Positions 12,861 to 25,975 of a DNA stretch of 57,264 nt are shown here, piece after piece. Below the pieces are notes generated by a model. It was not told the DNA's origin. It did no database searches and saw nothing but the letters and a program-made list of their open reading frames with translations. Location of the stretch: positions 1-57,264 of the forward strand of contig NW_021833624.1 in the NCBI RefSeq assembly GCF_006345805.1, read 5' to 3'. How positions within the stretch are numbered: position 1 is the stretch's first letter; each line of letters opens with the position of its first letter. Origin of the DNA: Octopus sinensis. Lineage: Eukaryota. A program made the position numbers and the translations under genes.

Positions 12861-13093
12861 ATGTTTCAATGTATGTAGATATCTATGCAAGCATATATAT
12901 ATATCTATGCACCAGTATATATTCACTGTTCTTAAAAAGTGTATGTACATACATACATATATGTGTGTGTGTGTGTATGTGTATGTACGTATGTTTATTT
13001 AATATTCATGTACGTATCAGTCAATCAGTCAATCGTGCGCAAATACAGATGTAAGTGTACACATACAATTACATTTGTGTAGCCATCCATCCA

Positions 13094-13131
<38 letters not shown>

Positions 13132-13173
13132 AATACATAGATATATACATACATACGTGTGTGTATGTAAATG

Positions 13174-13239
<66 letters not shown>

Positions 13240-13815
13240 ACACATATGAAAGGCTATGTATGTAAGTATGTATATAAGCATATGTGGATATACGTATATA
13301 TTGATATGTTGATAACGATACATGGTTCTATACTTACTCGTATCATTTCAATTTCCTTCTCCCTTTCCATCATCTCTTCTTGTCTCTCTTTTTTCCTCCT
13401 CCTCTTCCACCCTCTCTCTATCTTTCTTTCTTTCTTTCTTTCTCTCTCTTTCCCTCTCTCTTTTTCTCTCACTTTCTCTCTTTCTAACTGCCTTAAACTA
13501 TTATATCACATTAGTTAAGGTTCGCTATGATGTCATATAAACAGACAGAAATCTATATTATCAGATTCTATGCTATACCAACCGACCAGCCAACCAACCA
13601 TCAACCCATCCACCTCAAATCAATCCTCCTAACCACCCTCCCACGTCCCCACCCACCCATCCCTACCTTAACTCGATATACGTTCGTTTTATATGTTTTA
13701 TATTAGTGTTTTGTAAGTGGGTGGAGGTCGAAGGGGATGGCGTGAGGTGGGGAGAGTAAATCTTTCCATACACACAAACACACACACATATATATATATG
13801 TAGATAAATATGCGT

Positions 13816-13865
<50 letters not shown>

Positions 13866-14009
13866 ATATATATATATATAGTATATATATATATATATTA
13901 ATATTATATATATATGTGTGTGTGTATATATATATATATATGTATGTAGATAAATATGTGTATATATAATATGTATATCTATATCTATATATATCTATCT
14001 ATCTACATT

Positions 14010-14047
<38 letters not shown>

Positions 14048-14115
14048 GATAAATATGTGTATATATATATATGTATATGTATATCTATATCTATATATAT
14101 CTATCTATCTACATT

Positions 14116-14150
<35 letters not shown>

Positions 14151-14771
14151 AGATAAATATGTGTGTATATATATATAAATATGTATATATATATAAATAT
14201 GTATATATATATGTATATATATATATGTTTTTATTTGATTATGGTTATTATTTTTTCCCCCGTTGTTTGGTCTTCTATTAGATATTGTAAACATATCCTT
14301 CTACCTACCCATTCGTCTTTGTCTTTAAATCGCCGAATGACTCAGCTGAGTATAATGGCGGTGTGGCGATGATATTGACGTTAGTGTGGTATTGACGATG
14401 GCGGTTATGGTAGTGGTGGTGGTGGTGGTGGTAGTGGTGGCAGTGATTATTGTCGTTGTCGTCGTCGTCGTCGTCGTCGTCGTCGCTATATTAAAAACAA
14501 ACAAAAACCACTCAAAAAACAAACAAACGAACAAACGAACAAACCAACAGTGTTGGTGGCGGTGCCGAACGTACAGTAAAAACTTAAAACGTCGAAGCTC
14601 GGGTTAAGTGACCCCAAACTCGTTATACACACAGATTATTACTGATCTAATCTTGCTTTACTCTCTGCTCAACTCTAAATCAACCTATTCATGTATGATA
14701 AATGTGATAATGTCATTATGTCCACCATTGCTTTTTTTTTTGTAATTATTATATTATTATTATTATTATTA

Positions 14772-14835
<64 letters not shown>

Positions 14836-15516
14836 CATACTCATGATCATCATCATTACAATCATTATCATCATTATCTTTATTTTTGTTGTTGTTGTTA
14901 TTTTGTCATCCAGATCCTCCAAGCGCACGTACCCTTCTAGTTCTCCTCTCTCTCACACACGGTCACATACATACACACACACATACACACACACACACAC
15001 ACTTACACAGTCACACAATCTTTCTATTTTCCTTCATTCGATTTTCTTCTTCGTTTCACTCTCGCTCCTTTTTTTCTGTCCTTTCTCTCTCTCTCTCTCT
15101 CTTCTCTCTCCTTCTCTCACTCTCACTATCATTCTCTCCTCTTTCTTTCTTTGTTTCTCTCTCTCTCTCGCTCTCTCTCTCTCTCTCGCTCTCCCCTCTC
15201 TCTCTCTCTCTCTCTCTCTCGCTCTCTCTCTCTCTCTCGCTCTCTCTCTCTCACTCATTATTTCTTTAAGTGTAGGTTGGTGGATGTAAATATTCGTAGA
15301 TAAATGTGTTTATTTAACTGGGCGTATCTCTCTCCCCATTTTTCTCTCTGATACTTTGTATATTCTATATGTATGTGTGTCTGTGTCTGTCTGTCTGTCT
15401 GTATGTATGTATGTATGTATGCATGTATGTATATATGTATGTGTATATGAATATATGTATCGCTTTATTTAAACATCTACCTATCATATCTTCATATCTC
15501 TCTCTCCCTTTGTATA

Positions 15517-15557
<41 letters not shown>

Positions 15558-16008
15558 ATATTATATATATGTGTATATATATATAATATTTGTTTTCATA
15601 GTATGTAGTATGCCATGCTTAAAATGCAGTACTTGCTTGAATATAAGTGGACCGGCATGAGTATTTTTATTATTGCATGTGTGACTGTATGAGCATGTAT
15701 AATTATGCGTGTACATACATACATACATACATATGTGATTTGTGTGTATATCTATATTTGTGTGAGTATTTATATGTGAAGTGTGTGTGTGTGTAAGATT
15801 CCGATTTTCCAACCAAGCGTGTTAAGTATACAATTATGAAAAATCTTGATGTTGAACACAGAATATTTTATTATTCATATTCATGCAACATGGCCTCCGT
15901 TGATTCAGCAAAGCGAATGTTCGTTAAGAGGTTTATATGTATACATACATACATACATACATACATACATACATACATACATACATACATACATGCATGC
16001 ATGCATAG

Positions 16009-16222
16009 GGCGGCGAGCTGGCAGAATCGTTAGCACACCGGGCAAAATGCTTTGTGGTATTTCGTCTGCTGTTACGTTCTGAGTTCAAATTCCGCCTTTC
16101 ATCCTTTTGAGGTCGATTAAATAAGTATCAGTTACGCACTGTGGTCGATGTAATCGACTTAATCCCTTTGTCTGTCCTTGTTTGACCCCTCTGAGTGTAG
16201 CCCCCTGTGGGCAATAAATGAA
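16009..16222 (+). mobile_element. SINE family B, Tx1-like tail
   Basis: Head plus tail gtccttgtttgacccctctgagtgtagccccctgtgggcaataaa. Confidence 0.88.
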
Positions 16223-16539
16223 TATATACATACATGCATGATATCGAGAGGCTTTACCTAAGAAGGGATAAAGAATGTAGATGCTTGAAATCAGTGCAGA
16301 CAGCCTACGAATGTTGATTAATCTCTCTCAGACAGCACTTTCTATACAGCAGCAGTAAAAATAAATACATTCATTTAGTGCTAAAATATGAAGAGAACGA
16401 TATACACGTGTCGGCAGCGAGCTCCTCTGGAAGCACTCTCTTCCTGATGGCCTCCCATACAACCTAACCCCAACTCAACCGGACTAGAACACCTCAAAGA
16501 AGACCTGGACGTGAAACGCTCAGCATGCATGGGTACGTT

Positions 16540-16750
16540 TCCCCAAGGCTTGAAGTTAACAGTAATATTCACATGAAGCGAAACCTCTCTTGAACACGTA
16601 GCCGTCACATCACATCATACTTAGAGGCCGATGTGTTTGCAATATAGGAGACGGTGATTGTTACAAAATACTTCATAAACAAAGAGAGACAGTGAAGCTC
16701 TTGGAGCTCCAAGATGCAACCAAAAATGTAGATTATGTCATATTTCTGTG
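16540..16750 (+). mobile_element. Possible LINE endonuclease N-terminal remnant
   Basis: ITSYLEADVFAI*ET (DVFAIQET with CAG>TAG) in a locally GC-richer island. Confidence 0.3.
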
Positions 16751-16994
16751 AAAGAAATCACACATGTGATTGATTAACAGCTGCCAAAAATTGTCATCAA
16801 GGCTTTCCTATGCGAAACCAAGTCCTTCGTCAGAGGATGAATTTGGATAATGAAAAACAGAAGAGATCGTACATATATCCAACCATCCATCTATCCATCC
16901 ATCCATCTGCTCGCCGATCTATCCGTCCGTCCGTCCACTCCTCCATCCATCCATCCATCCATCCATACTTACATAACATACATATATGTGTGTG

Positions 16995-17040
<46 letters not shown>

Positions 17041-17418
17041 AATTCGTATTTATTACGCACGATCATGCTCGGACGTGGGAAGATCTTCCACTGCGGAAAC
17101 TGACGCGGGAAAACTATCTCCTCCTGGACGACACGTGTGAATACAATGTGGGCTGTCGAAGTTGCTACTGGTTGATAAGGACGCAAGCGTTTCTGCGTTC
17201 TTTCGTGTCGTCAACTACGAACACCAGATTCGTCATTCGCAGCCCAATAAGAACGAATTTATTCTTACATAAGATCAGCATAGGGTGTGTTTGTTGGTGT
17301 GCGCACAGCAGGAAACGCAGAAGTAAACAGTTACTATCGCTAACGAATATATATGGGTGTAAGCTCACTCTCAATGCTCGCTTTTGGTTTTGTTGCTTTT
17401 GGATGTGTATCTGTTAAT

Positions 17419-17790
17419 ACTCTTTTACTTGTTTCAGTCATTTGATTGCGGCCATGCTGGAGCACCGCCTTTAGTCGAGCAAATCGACCCCAGGACTTAT
17501 TCTTTGTAAGCCTAGTACTTATTCTAAACACACTAGCATCGGTTGTGAAGCGGTGTTGGGGTGGGTGGGACAAACACAGACACACAAGCATATACACACA
17601 CATATGTATATATATATATACATATATACGACAGGCTTCTTTCAGTTTCCGTCAACCAAATCCACTCACAAGGCTTTGGTCGGTCCTATGCTATAGTAGA
17701 AGACACTTGTCCAAGGTGTCACGCAGTGGGATGAACCTGGAACCATGTGGTTGGTAAGCAAGCTACTTACCACACAACCACTCCTACGCC
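17419..17790 (-). mobile_element. SINE family A (tRNA-derived head ggcgcaggagtggctgtgtggtaag, internal microsatellite, CR1-like tail)
   Basis: Reverse complement of 49692-50111. Confidence 0.9.
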
Positions 17791-18450
17791 TAATAAACAT
17801 AGAAAATATCTTCATCCTCGAAAGGTGTTTAACTAACCTGACGCCAGACTCTCAACGTACAGAGCAGCAATTTACACCTCTTCCCTTTTAACGTTGAATG
17901 TACTTCTTTCCTCTAGAATTACAGTATGAGTAAATAAAAAAAAAAAATAAACAGAAGAAAGTTGTGTGATAACTAGTTGATGGAGTAAGCCACCTGTGTA
18001 CCACAGGGGAAATCAGAAATGTATGTTTGATGAATACATATGTTTAAAAATATACATATAGATAATGTTTTCAGGAATTTTGATAATTCGAAATAAATTT
18101 TTAAAAATATAAGTAATCTCGGCCATTTTTGTGGAAAATAGGAAAATAATTATCGCATAAAAAAACAACGCTAATAATAGATACATATGTATGTATACAA
18201 GTAAGTATATAGTTATACACACACACATACATATATATGTATTTATATATACATGTACAAATAATTTCAATATATATATATTTATGTATGTATATATATA
18301 TACACAAATAATATCAATATATATATATAGTTGGACTTTACGAAAACATCCAAACAAAACAAAAGACGAAGACGAGTGTGTAAACAACAAAAGATGTATT
18401 AGTTTAACGCGCGCGAAGTGAGAAAGTCTTACGTTCTACAAGAGAAAGGA

Positions 18451-18526
<76 letters not shown>

Positions 18527-18690
18527 ACACACATTAATACCTTGGATGTGTTTCAGCCAAAGACTGGTCCACCTGATATATTCGAGTGTGTGTATATATA
18601 TATATATACATAGTTATGTATATGTAAATATATTTATAATATACAAGTAATGTCATAATGTCAATGCATACGTACTTGTGTGTATATGTG

Positions 18691-18755
<65 letters not shown>

Positions 18756-19181
18756 AATAATATATAAAGATATGCATACATACATACATATATGTACATA
18801 CCTACATATATATGTATATATAGATGCATATATGGGTACAGGACATCAAAAAACGTTGAACACAATGAGAAACGAAAACATAAAAACAAAAACAGAGAAA
18901 CGAAATTCTTTTGGAACAACGAAAAATACAAACAGAGAAACGAGATATGCAACAAAAAGAATATTTCCCGTCTTCAGTTGTCCCTGTTTCACCTACTCCG
19001 CGTTTACGAAGGCAAGGACAATACGCGACTCCGTTGAAACAGACCTTCCCGCAAAGCAAATTAAATAAAATTTGGGGTTTTTTGCTGAGGGTGAAAGTGG
19101 TAACAAGAACAGAACAGGACAGTGAGAACAAAACAGTAAAAACAGGACAGTGAGAACAAAACAGTAAAAACAAACGGTGAG

Positions 19182-19495
19182 ATCGTCGTCGTGGCACTCC
19201 GTCATAACCGACTACGAGGGTTCCAGTTGATTCGAGCACTCCACATACACGTATACCCTTAACGTTGTTCTCGGGGAGATTCAGCGTGACACAGAGCGTG
19301 ACAACTCTGGTCCTTTGAAATACAGGTACAACAGAAACAGGAAAAAAGAGTGAGAGAAAGTTGTGGTGAAAGAGTACAACAGTGTTCGCCACCACCTCCT
19401 GCTTCCATTTAATAAACACTCACAGCACCCGGTCTGGGAATCGAAACCGCGATCCTACGACCACGAGTCCGCTGCCCTAACCACTGGGCCATTGT
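19182..19495 (-). mobile_element. SINE family C, long tail with internal deletions
   Basis: Homologous to 6958-7346. Confidence 0.88.
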
Positions 19496-19734
19496 GTGTG
19501 TGTGTGTGTATTCGCTTACACACGCACTCACATACATAGGCACTAAAATAATTTCTGTGGCAAGACATTTAATGTCTGGGTGATAATCATGTCTCATGAC
19601 GTCATACATGAGTCTCCAGAGACTTCGTCAATCCCTTAAATGGTTGTGGTCACTGAGAATAGACTATCAGGCGTCTGTAGCTATCACAGTCATTGACTGT
19701 GATAGTGCTGTTGTTGTTGTTGATGGTGTATATA

Positions 19735-20830
19735 GTGATGATGATGATGATGATGACGACGACGATGATAATGATGATGGAAAAGATGATGATGATGACG
19801 ACGATGATAATAATGATGATGATGATGACGATGATGATAATGATGATGATGAAAATGATGATGGCGAGGATGATGATGGTGATAATGATGATGGTGATAT
19901 CTTCAACATCGTTAGCAGCAGCAAAAGACGAAAAACATTAGAATCAGTAATATGTACCACATCTAACCTCCTCCTCCTCCTCCTCCTCCTCATCATCATC
20001 ATCATCATCATGAATATCATCATCATCATTATAGTCGTCATCAGCGTCATCAGCGTCGTCACCACCACCACCACCACCACTACCTCACTGTCATCGTTGC
20101 TACCATCAGTAACAGCAGCCTCAGCCGCCGCAACCGCAGCCACAGCACTGCCACCAGTACAACCATCATCAACATCATCATCAGTAGTACACACCACCAC
20201 TACCATAGCTGTACCACCACCACCAACAACGACAACAACAACAACACCATCAGTTAGCAAGGAAGCCTCTATTTGGTTGTGAGACCTGCTTGAAATGGCA
20301 ACCAAAACTCTCTCAGTTACAGCTCCACTGGTTTTAGGAAGCCACGTTGGATAATGTAGATTCTCGGTTCACTGCACATAGGCAGAGCTTAGAGCGGGAT
20401 GATCACTGTTGGAATGCTTTTGAGTCAAAGGCTTTGATCGTAGGTCTATTTGACATGGGACGAAACAACCACTTAACAACAGCGATAACAAAAAAAAGGC
20501 CAAGCGCCCTCGCCACTATGAACGCCACCGCCTCCACTACCACCCAAACCACCACCACTGCCACCACCCACCATCACCACCAAAACAACCACTACCAACA
20601 CCAACACCAACACCAAAACCACCACCACCACCACCACCACCACCATCACCACTACTACTACCACCACCAACACCAAAACCACCACCACCACCACCACCAC
20701 CACCAAAACCACCACCACCACCATCACCACCGCCTCAACCAAAACCACCACCACTCAAACCCCCACCACTGCCACCACCCAAACCACCACCACCACCTAC
20801 TACAGCAACAACAACAACCACATCCAAAAG
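19735..20830. repeat. Trinucleotide low-complexity cluster (GAT)n/(CAT)n/(CAC)n
   Basis: Direct inspection; this is the source of the poly-D/H/T ORFs in the track. Confidence 0.93.
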
Positions 20831-21059
20831 CTACCATGCCCACTACCATGACAATCTCAACGACACCACTCCTAGCTGTTTTATTTTGTCCAACAACCTC
20901 CGCACGAGCGGCGTGACACATTTACCCAAACAACCTTAACAAATATAGTCGTTATAAATCCACCCATCTAAGAGACCCCTCTCCAGCTAACCAGCCAGCC
21001 AGCCGTGCAAACCACATTCCCTCTTTGACTGCCTCTTTGTTCCCCACCTCTCTTTCTTT

Positions 21060-21060
<1 letters not shown>

Positions 21061-21134
<74 letters not shown>

Positions 21135-21170
21135 ATTGTCTGTCTGCCTGTCTATCCATTTGTCCGTCCG

Positions 21171-21237
<67 letters not shown>

Positions 21238-21312
21238 GTCTGTCCGTCTGTCTGTCTACCTGCCTGTCCGTCTGTCTGTCCATTTGTTAGTCTGTGTGTC
21301 TGTCTATCCATT

Positions 21313-21393
<81 letters not shown>

Positions 21394-21400
21394 GTCTATC
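21061..21400. repeat. (TATC)n/(TGTC)n/(TC)n compound microsatellite
   Basis: Direct inspection. Confidence 0.95.
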
Positions 21401-22221
21401 TATCTACATTTATTATTCCACAACAGTAGCTATCATTCCGATGACATCCCATGTGATCTCTCAATTTAGCCATTTCACATCTTATTGGTCTACTGGTTTT
21501 CACAAGAGGGTCATTGATTTCTCTTTGCACTCGCTTGCCTCTTACTGCACCTCTTCCCTCGCTAGGACTACCCACCCGTCAACCCCTGCCACCGTTACAT
21601 TAGCATTGTCATTATTATTATTTCACTGTCATTCCATATATTCTTTCTTATTGTTTTTGTTGTGCTTGTTGGTTTTGTTGAATTATCAATCTAAAGTATT
21701 GTACCGATAACTTTCGTTTCAATCGCGGCTGCTGTTGTTGTGATGATCGCAAATAGGCAGCGAAGAAGAAAAGATTTCATTCTTTCTTTGTATTCTTCCC
21801 CCCTGTCTTTCTGTCTTTCATTCGTTCTATTTTCTCTCTTCACTCTTTTAATTGTGTTGTTTTACTGATTGATAGAATGATTACTTATACAACTATTTTA
21901 TCAAAAAAGAATAAAAAAGCTAGGTTTAAAATCTAAGAGATGAACGCAGTAATTGTACAAGCAAGTAATGTCCATAACCACTTCTACATGGCTGTTCCGT
22001 TCGAACGGAATTTACTGCAGTTTTATAACTCCAAGAGGACATCTCCTCTAGCTGGTTAACGATGCACAGCTGCATCCGATATATTGCGAGCAGGGGAGCG
22101 AACCTCTACCACCTTCTAGCAACGGGACCAGCAGATCAGCTTGGTTTCCGGCTGTTTCTGCCTTTGCTGTATTTGTCTTTACTATATATTAGTATAATTG
22201 TAGTTTCCTGTCTAGCTACTT

Positions 22222-22528
22222 TGTTGTTTGTTCCTTCTCGAGCCATGCCTGGCTCATAAGGGCCGGTTTCCCGGTTTCCTTGGCGTATAGGCTCCCCACC
22301 TGGACGGGACGCCGGTCTGTCGCAGGTGAGCTGCAAGATGCAGGAGAAAAGAGTGAGAGAAAGTTGTGGCGAAAGAGTCAGCAGAAGTTCACCATTACCT
22401 TCAGCCGGAGCCGCGTAGAGCTTAGGTGTTTCGCTCATAAACACACACATCGCCCGGTCTGAGATTCGAACCCCCCGATCCCTCGACCGCGAGTCCGCTG
22501 CTCTAACAACTAGGCCATGTGCCTCCAC
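22222..22528 (-). mobile_element. SINE family C, short-tail variant
   Basis: tRNA-like head plus body and tail shared with 7484-7722. Confidence 0.88.
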
Positions 22529-23089
22529 AACCTACTTACATTTCTAATCACACTAAGGGAAGATATTGAAACGAAGTTAAAAAAAAAACTGTTGATAGTT
22601 AAGGCATTGGTGGGTGATTTTGGTATTGATAATACTGAACAGATAGCGATACAAAGGGGAAGAAAGAGAGAGGGAGGTAGGAAGAGAAGAGAGAAAAGGT
22701 TAGCATTCATAAAAGAGAGACAGAGAGAGAGAAAAGAGGAGGAAGAAAGAGAGAGAAATTAAATAAAACCAGACAAAAAGAAGAGGAAAGGAAAGTGAAG
22801 ATAATGGTAAACGCGATGGTCGTGATGACGATGCTTATTTGTTGTTTGTGACGGGTTTTGTTTATTTGCTCGTTGGTGGTGGTCAGGATAGTCGGAGCAG
22901 CGGTCACGACATTACTCAACGCCAATTACTTGCACCAAAAGGCGCGTGTGTTAAATCATGCGGTATATATTTTTTTTAATATTTCAATCCATAAAATAGT
23001 TTGCCGTCAACGCCTTATCAACGCCACCACCACCACCGTCAACACCACCACCACCACCAGAACCATTTTGAATTATATATATATATGAC

Positions 23090-23121
<32 letters not shown>

Positions 23122-23269
23122 GATATAGGCAAAAATACATTGCAGCTGTATTATCATGCTAATACCGCAAAAATATCGACTCATCAGATTTGTGTATAAA
23201 ATCCATTTGCTGGATATATATATATATATATATATATTTTATATTTCATTTTTTTTTTACTTCTCTGTC

Positions 23270-23569
23270 AGAGGGCTGCTGGTATGCTAGAGGACTGTCT
23301 TGTGGGAGGTACTTCCTTGAATAAATCGACTTTAGTACGTATATATTTTAAAAGACTGGCACATATTATATCGGCATCTTTTGTTGAGCCGCTAGGTTAA
23401 GCTGACATACACAAACTAACATACACACAAACACATATATGCGCACGCGCACGCACACGTGAAAGTATACACTTGTAGTAGACACTTGTCAAATGTGCCG
23501 CGCGGTAGGACTGAACCCAAAACCAGTGTTTGTAAAACAAGCTTCTTAACCACACAGCCATGCCTGCGC
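23270..23569 (-). mobile_element. SINE family A, degenerate
   Basis: Head (ccacacagccatgcctgcgcg; ggactgaaccc) and tail remnants. Confidence 0.7.
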
Positions 23570-24537
23570 GTATATATGTACGTATATATGTGAGCGCATG
23601 ATTGAATATATGAATACAGTATAGGTATGTGTTTGTGTACAATATATACATATAATTATATATATATATAAAAAAATATATATATATATATAAATATAAT
23701 ATAGATATATATATATATATATATACACAATAATGCATAAATATATATAAATACATACATATATATATAAAAATATATATATATGTGTGTGTGTGTGGGT
23801 GTGTGTATGTGTGTGTGTATATATATCCACAATTCACTTGCTTTTTCAGTCATGCATGAATTATCTGAACTGTCATTAACTACTTTCAATGGAGACAAAT
23901 AGCATCTTGTTGTAATCATTATTGTAGATATTATAGCTATATCTATTGTTATTTGAAATCGTTTGTGTGTTGTTGTAGTTGATGTTTGTGGTGGTGGTGG
24001 AGGAGGTGGTGTGGTGGCGGTGATAGTGGTGTTAAGTGCGATGTATCAATTCGTAGAGTAATGTTTGTCTTGAATCTCTTCTACGTTTTTTGCGATCAAA
24101 TTCCGCACGAGGTCAACTTTACCTTCCAACCTCTCAATTTCAAAAAAATACATAGTACCAGTTATGCATTGGGGCCAGTCCAGTTGACTAACCATCTCCA
24201 TTCATATCCAGGCTCTGTACCTATGTTAGAAACAATGCTTGTTGCTGTTTCTGTTGTTGTTACTGTCATTACAGTTACAGTAAGCGCTTTAGTTGAATTA
24301 TTGCTATTTTCCCCCCTACACCATTGGCCCAGTGTGCATATGATTAAACAATTCCTACCGTGACCATCCCCTCTTTTTTCAGCTGTAGTTTACTCTTTTG
24401 CTTTTACAGCCACAAAAACACACACTCATGGATTATATCTATATATATATAATATATATATATATAGATATATATATATATATATATAATATATATATAT
24501 TATATATTATATATATATATATAATATATATATAATC

Positions 24538-24694
24538 ATAGGAGTGGCTGTGTGGTAAGTAGGTTGCTTACCAACTACATGGTTCCGGGTTCAGTCCCTC
24601 TGCGTGGCACCTGGGCAAGTGTCTTTACTATAGCCTCGGCCGACCAAAGCCTTGTGAGTGGATTTGGTAGAGGGAAACTGAAAGAAGCCCGTCG

Positions 24695-24727
<33 letters not shown>

Positions 24728-24925
24728 TATATATGTGTGTGGTGTATGTTGTGTCTGTGTTTGTCCCCCAAGGTCGCTTGACAACCGAGCTGGTCTCCGT
24801 AACTTAGCGGTTCGGCAAAAGTTACTGATAGAATAAGTACTAGGCTTACAAAGAATAAGTCCTGGGGTCGATTTGCTCGACTAAAGGCGGTGCTCCAGCA
24901 TGGCCACAGTCAAAGACTGAAACAT
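24538..24925 (+). mobile_element. SINE family A, full length
   Basis: A/B boxes (tggctgtgtggt, ggttcagtccc), body, and tail cagcatggccacagtcaaagactgaaac. Confidence 0.92.
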
Positions 24926-24927
24926 TT

Positions 24928-25274
24928 GCAAATCGACCCAGGGACTTATTCTTTGTAAGCCCAGTACTTAGTCTATCGGTCTCTTTTGCCGAACCGCTAA
25001 GTTACAGGGACGTAAACACACCAGCATCGGTTGTCAAGCAATGCTAGGGGGACAAACACAGACACACAAACACACACACATATAATACATATATATACAT
25101 ATATATATATACGACGGGCTTCTTTCAGTTTCCGTCTACCAAATCCACTCACAAGGCATTGGTCGGCCCGGGGCTATAGCAGAAGACACTTGCCCAAGAT
25201 GCCACGCAGTGGGACTGAACCCGGAACCATGTGGTTGGTTAGTAAGCTACTTACCACACAGCCACTCCTGCGCC
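24928..25274 (-). mobile_element. SINE family A, tail-truncated, inverted relative to its neighbour
   Basis: Reverse complement of about 24538-24875. Confidence 0.92.
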
Positions 25275-25283
25275 TATATATAT

Positions 25284-25975
25284 ATTTTCTCTCCAGTTTC
25301 AGCTCAGAGTTGCGGCCATACTGATACACCGCCGTTTTGCTACATTGTTATTACTAAGAGCCTCCTCTAATATGTGGCACTTGGTGAAGAATGGAGTTTT
25401 ATATAGCTACCCTCATTTGCACTTCTTGCCGTGAGGTAGCTTCATCTAGGACTCTCGACAGGAAGAGGTCCAGCTTTGATTTAAAAAACCCCTAAGTATA
25501 CTTTGTGCAGGTTCCTCAGACTCTTCGGGAGAATAGTAAAAAGCTGTGGGCCTTTGAAACTCATGCTGTTGCAGTAACTGGTCCTGAAGCGTGATGGCAT
25601 TGCTGGGATCTTTGGTACTATGCAGTGTCGTCCCGTTCTGGGATTGGTGTAGCTTTCAATGCCAAAATTTGGCACAATTCCTTCCAGAATATTCCAGATA
25701 TATATTACTGCATACCTCTCCCGTCTTCTCTCCGGGGAGTAGAGTCTTAGCTGTTTCAACCTTTCCCAGTAGCTGAGCTGTGGCAAAGAGACGATCTTCT
25801 TTGTGAATCTTCTCTGGATTGCTTCAAGGTCCTCTGTTAATTTCACACTGGTGGGTGACCATAGCTGTGGGCAGTAATCCAGGCGGCTGAGGACGAATGT
25901 CCGCCAGAGGACCATCATGGTTTCCTTATCTCTGGTTCTGAATGTTCTTAGGATCCATCCAGTCAGTCGTCTTCA
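25284..25975 (-). mobile_element. CR1-clade LINE ORF2 C-terminus plus 3' tail
   Basis: GWILRTFRTRDKETMMVLWRTFVLSRLDYCPQLWSP..LEAIQRRFTKKI..LSYWERLKQLRLYS.ERRRER..FKSKLDLFLSRV is typical of post-RT CR1-type ORF2. Confidence 0.88.

Noticed and set aside
18935-18990. CTGAAGA-cgg-GAAA-tat...ata-TC on the minus strand (hammerhead-like)
   Set aside because: Only 3 nt between the boxes, too short for stem II, and the stems are AU-rich and weak; probably chance.
18880-19070. Coding-looking ORF MEQRKIQTEK...PQSKLNKIWG
   Set aside because: No convincing splice sites or homology; largely A-rich low complexity.
19113-19168. 28-bp tandem duplication (and a 12-bp one at about 29150-29175)
   Set aside because: Ordinary slippage duplications.
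19596-20916. Long poly-Asp, His-rich and Thr-rich ORFs that look like biomineral or metal-binding proteins
   Set aside because: Built from (GAT)n/(CAT)n/(CAC)n, open on both strands, with no splice or domain context.
23255-23290. Apparent 10-nt plus-strand micro-exon (cag|agggctgctg|gtatgc)
   Set aside because: Lies in a degenerate SINE-A tail.
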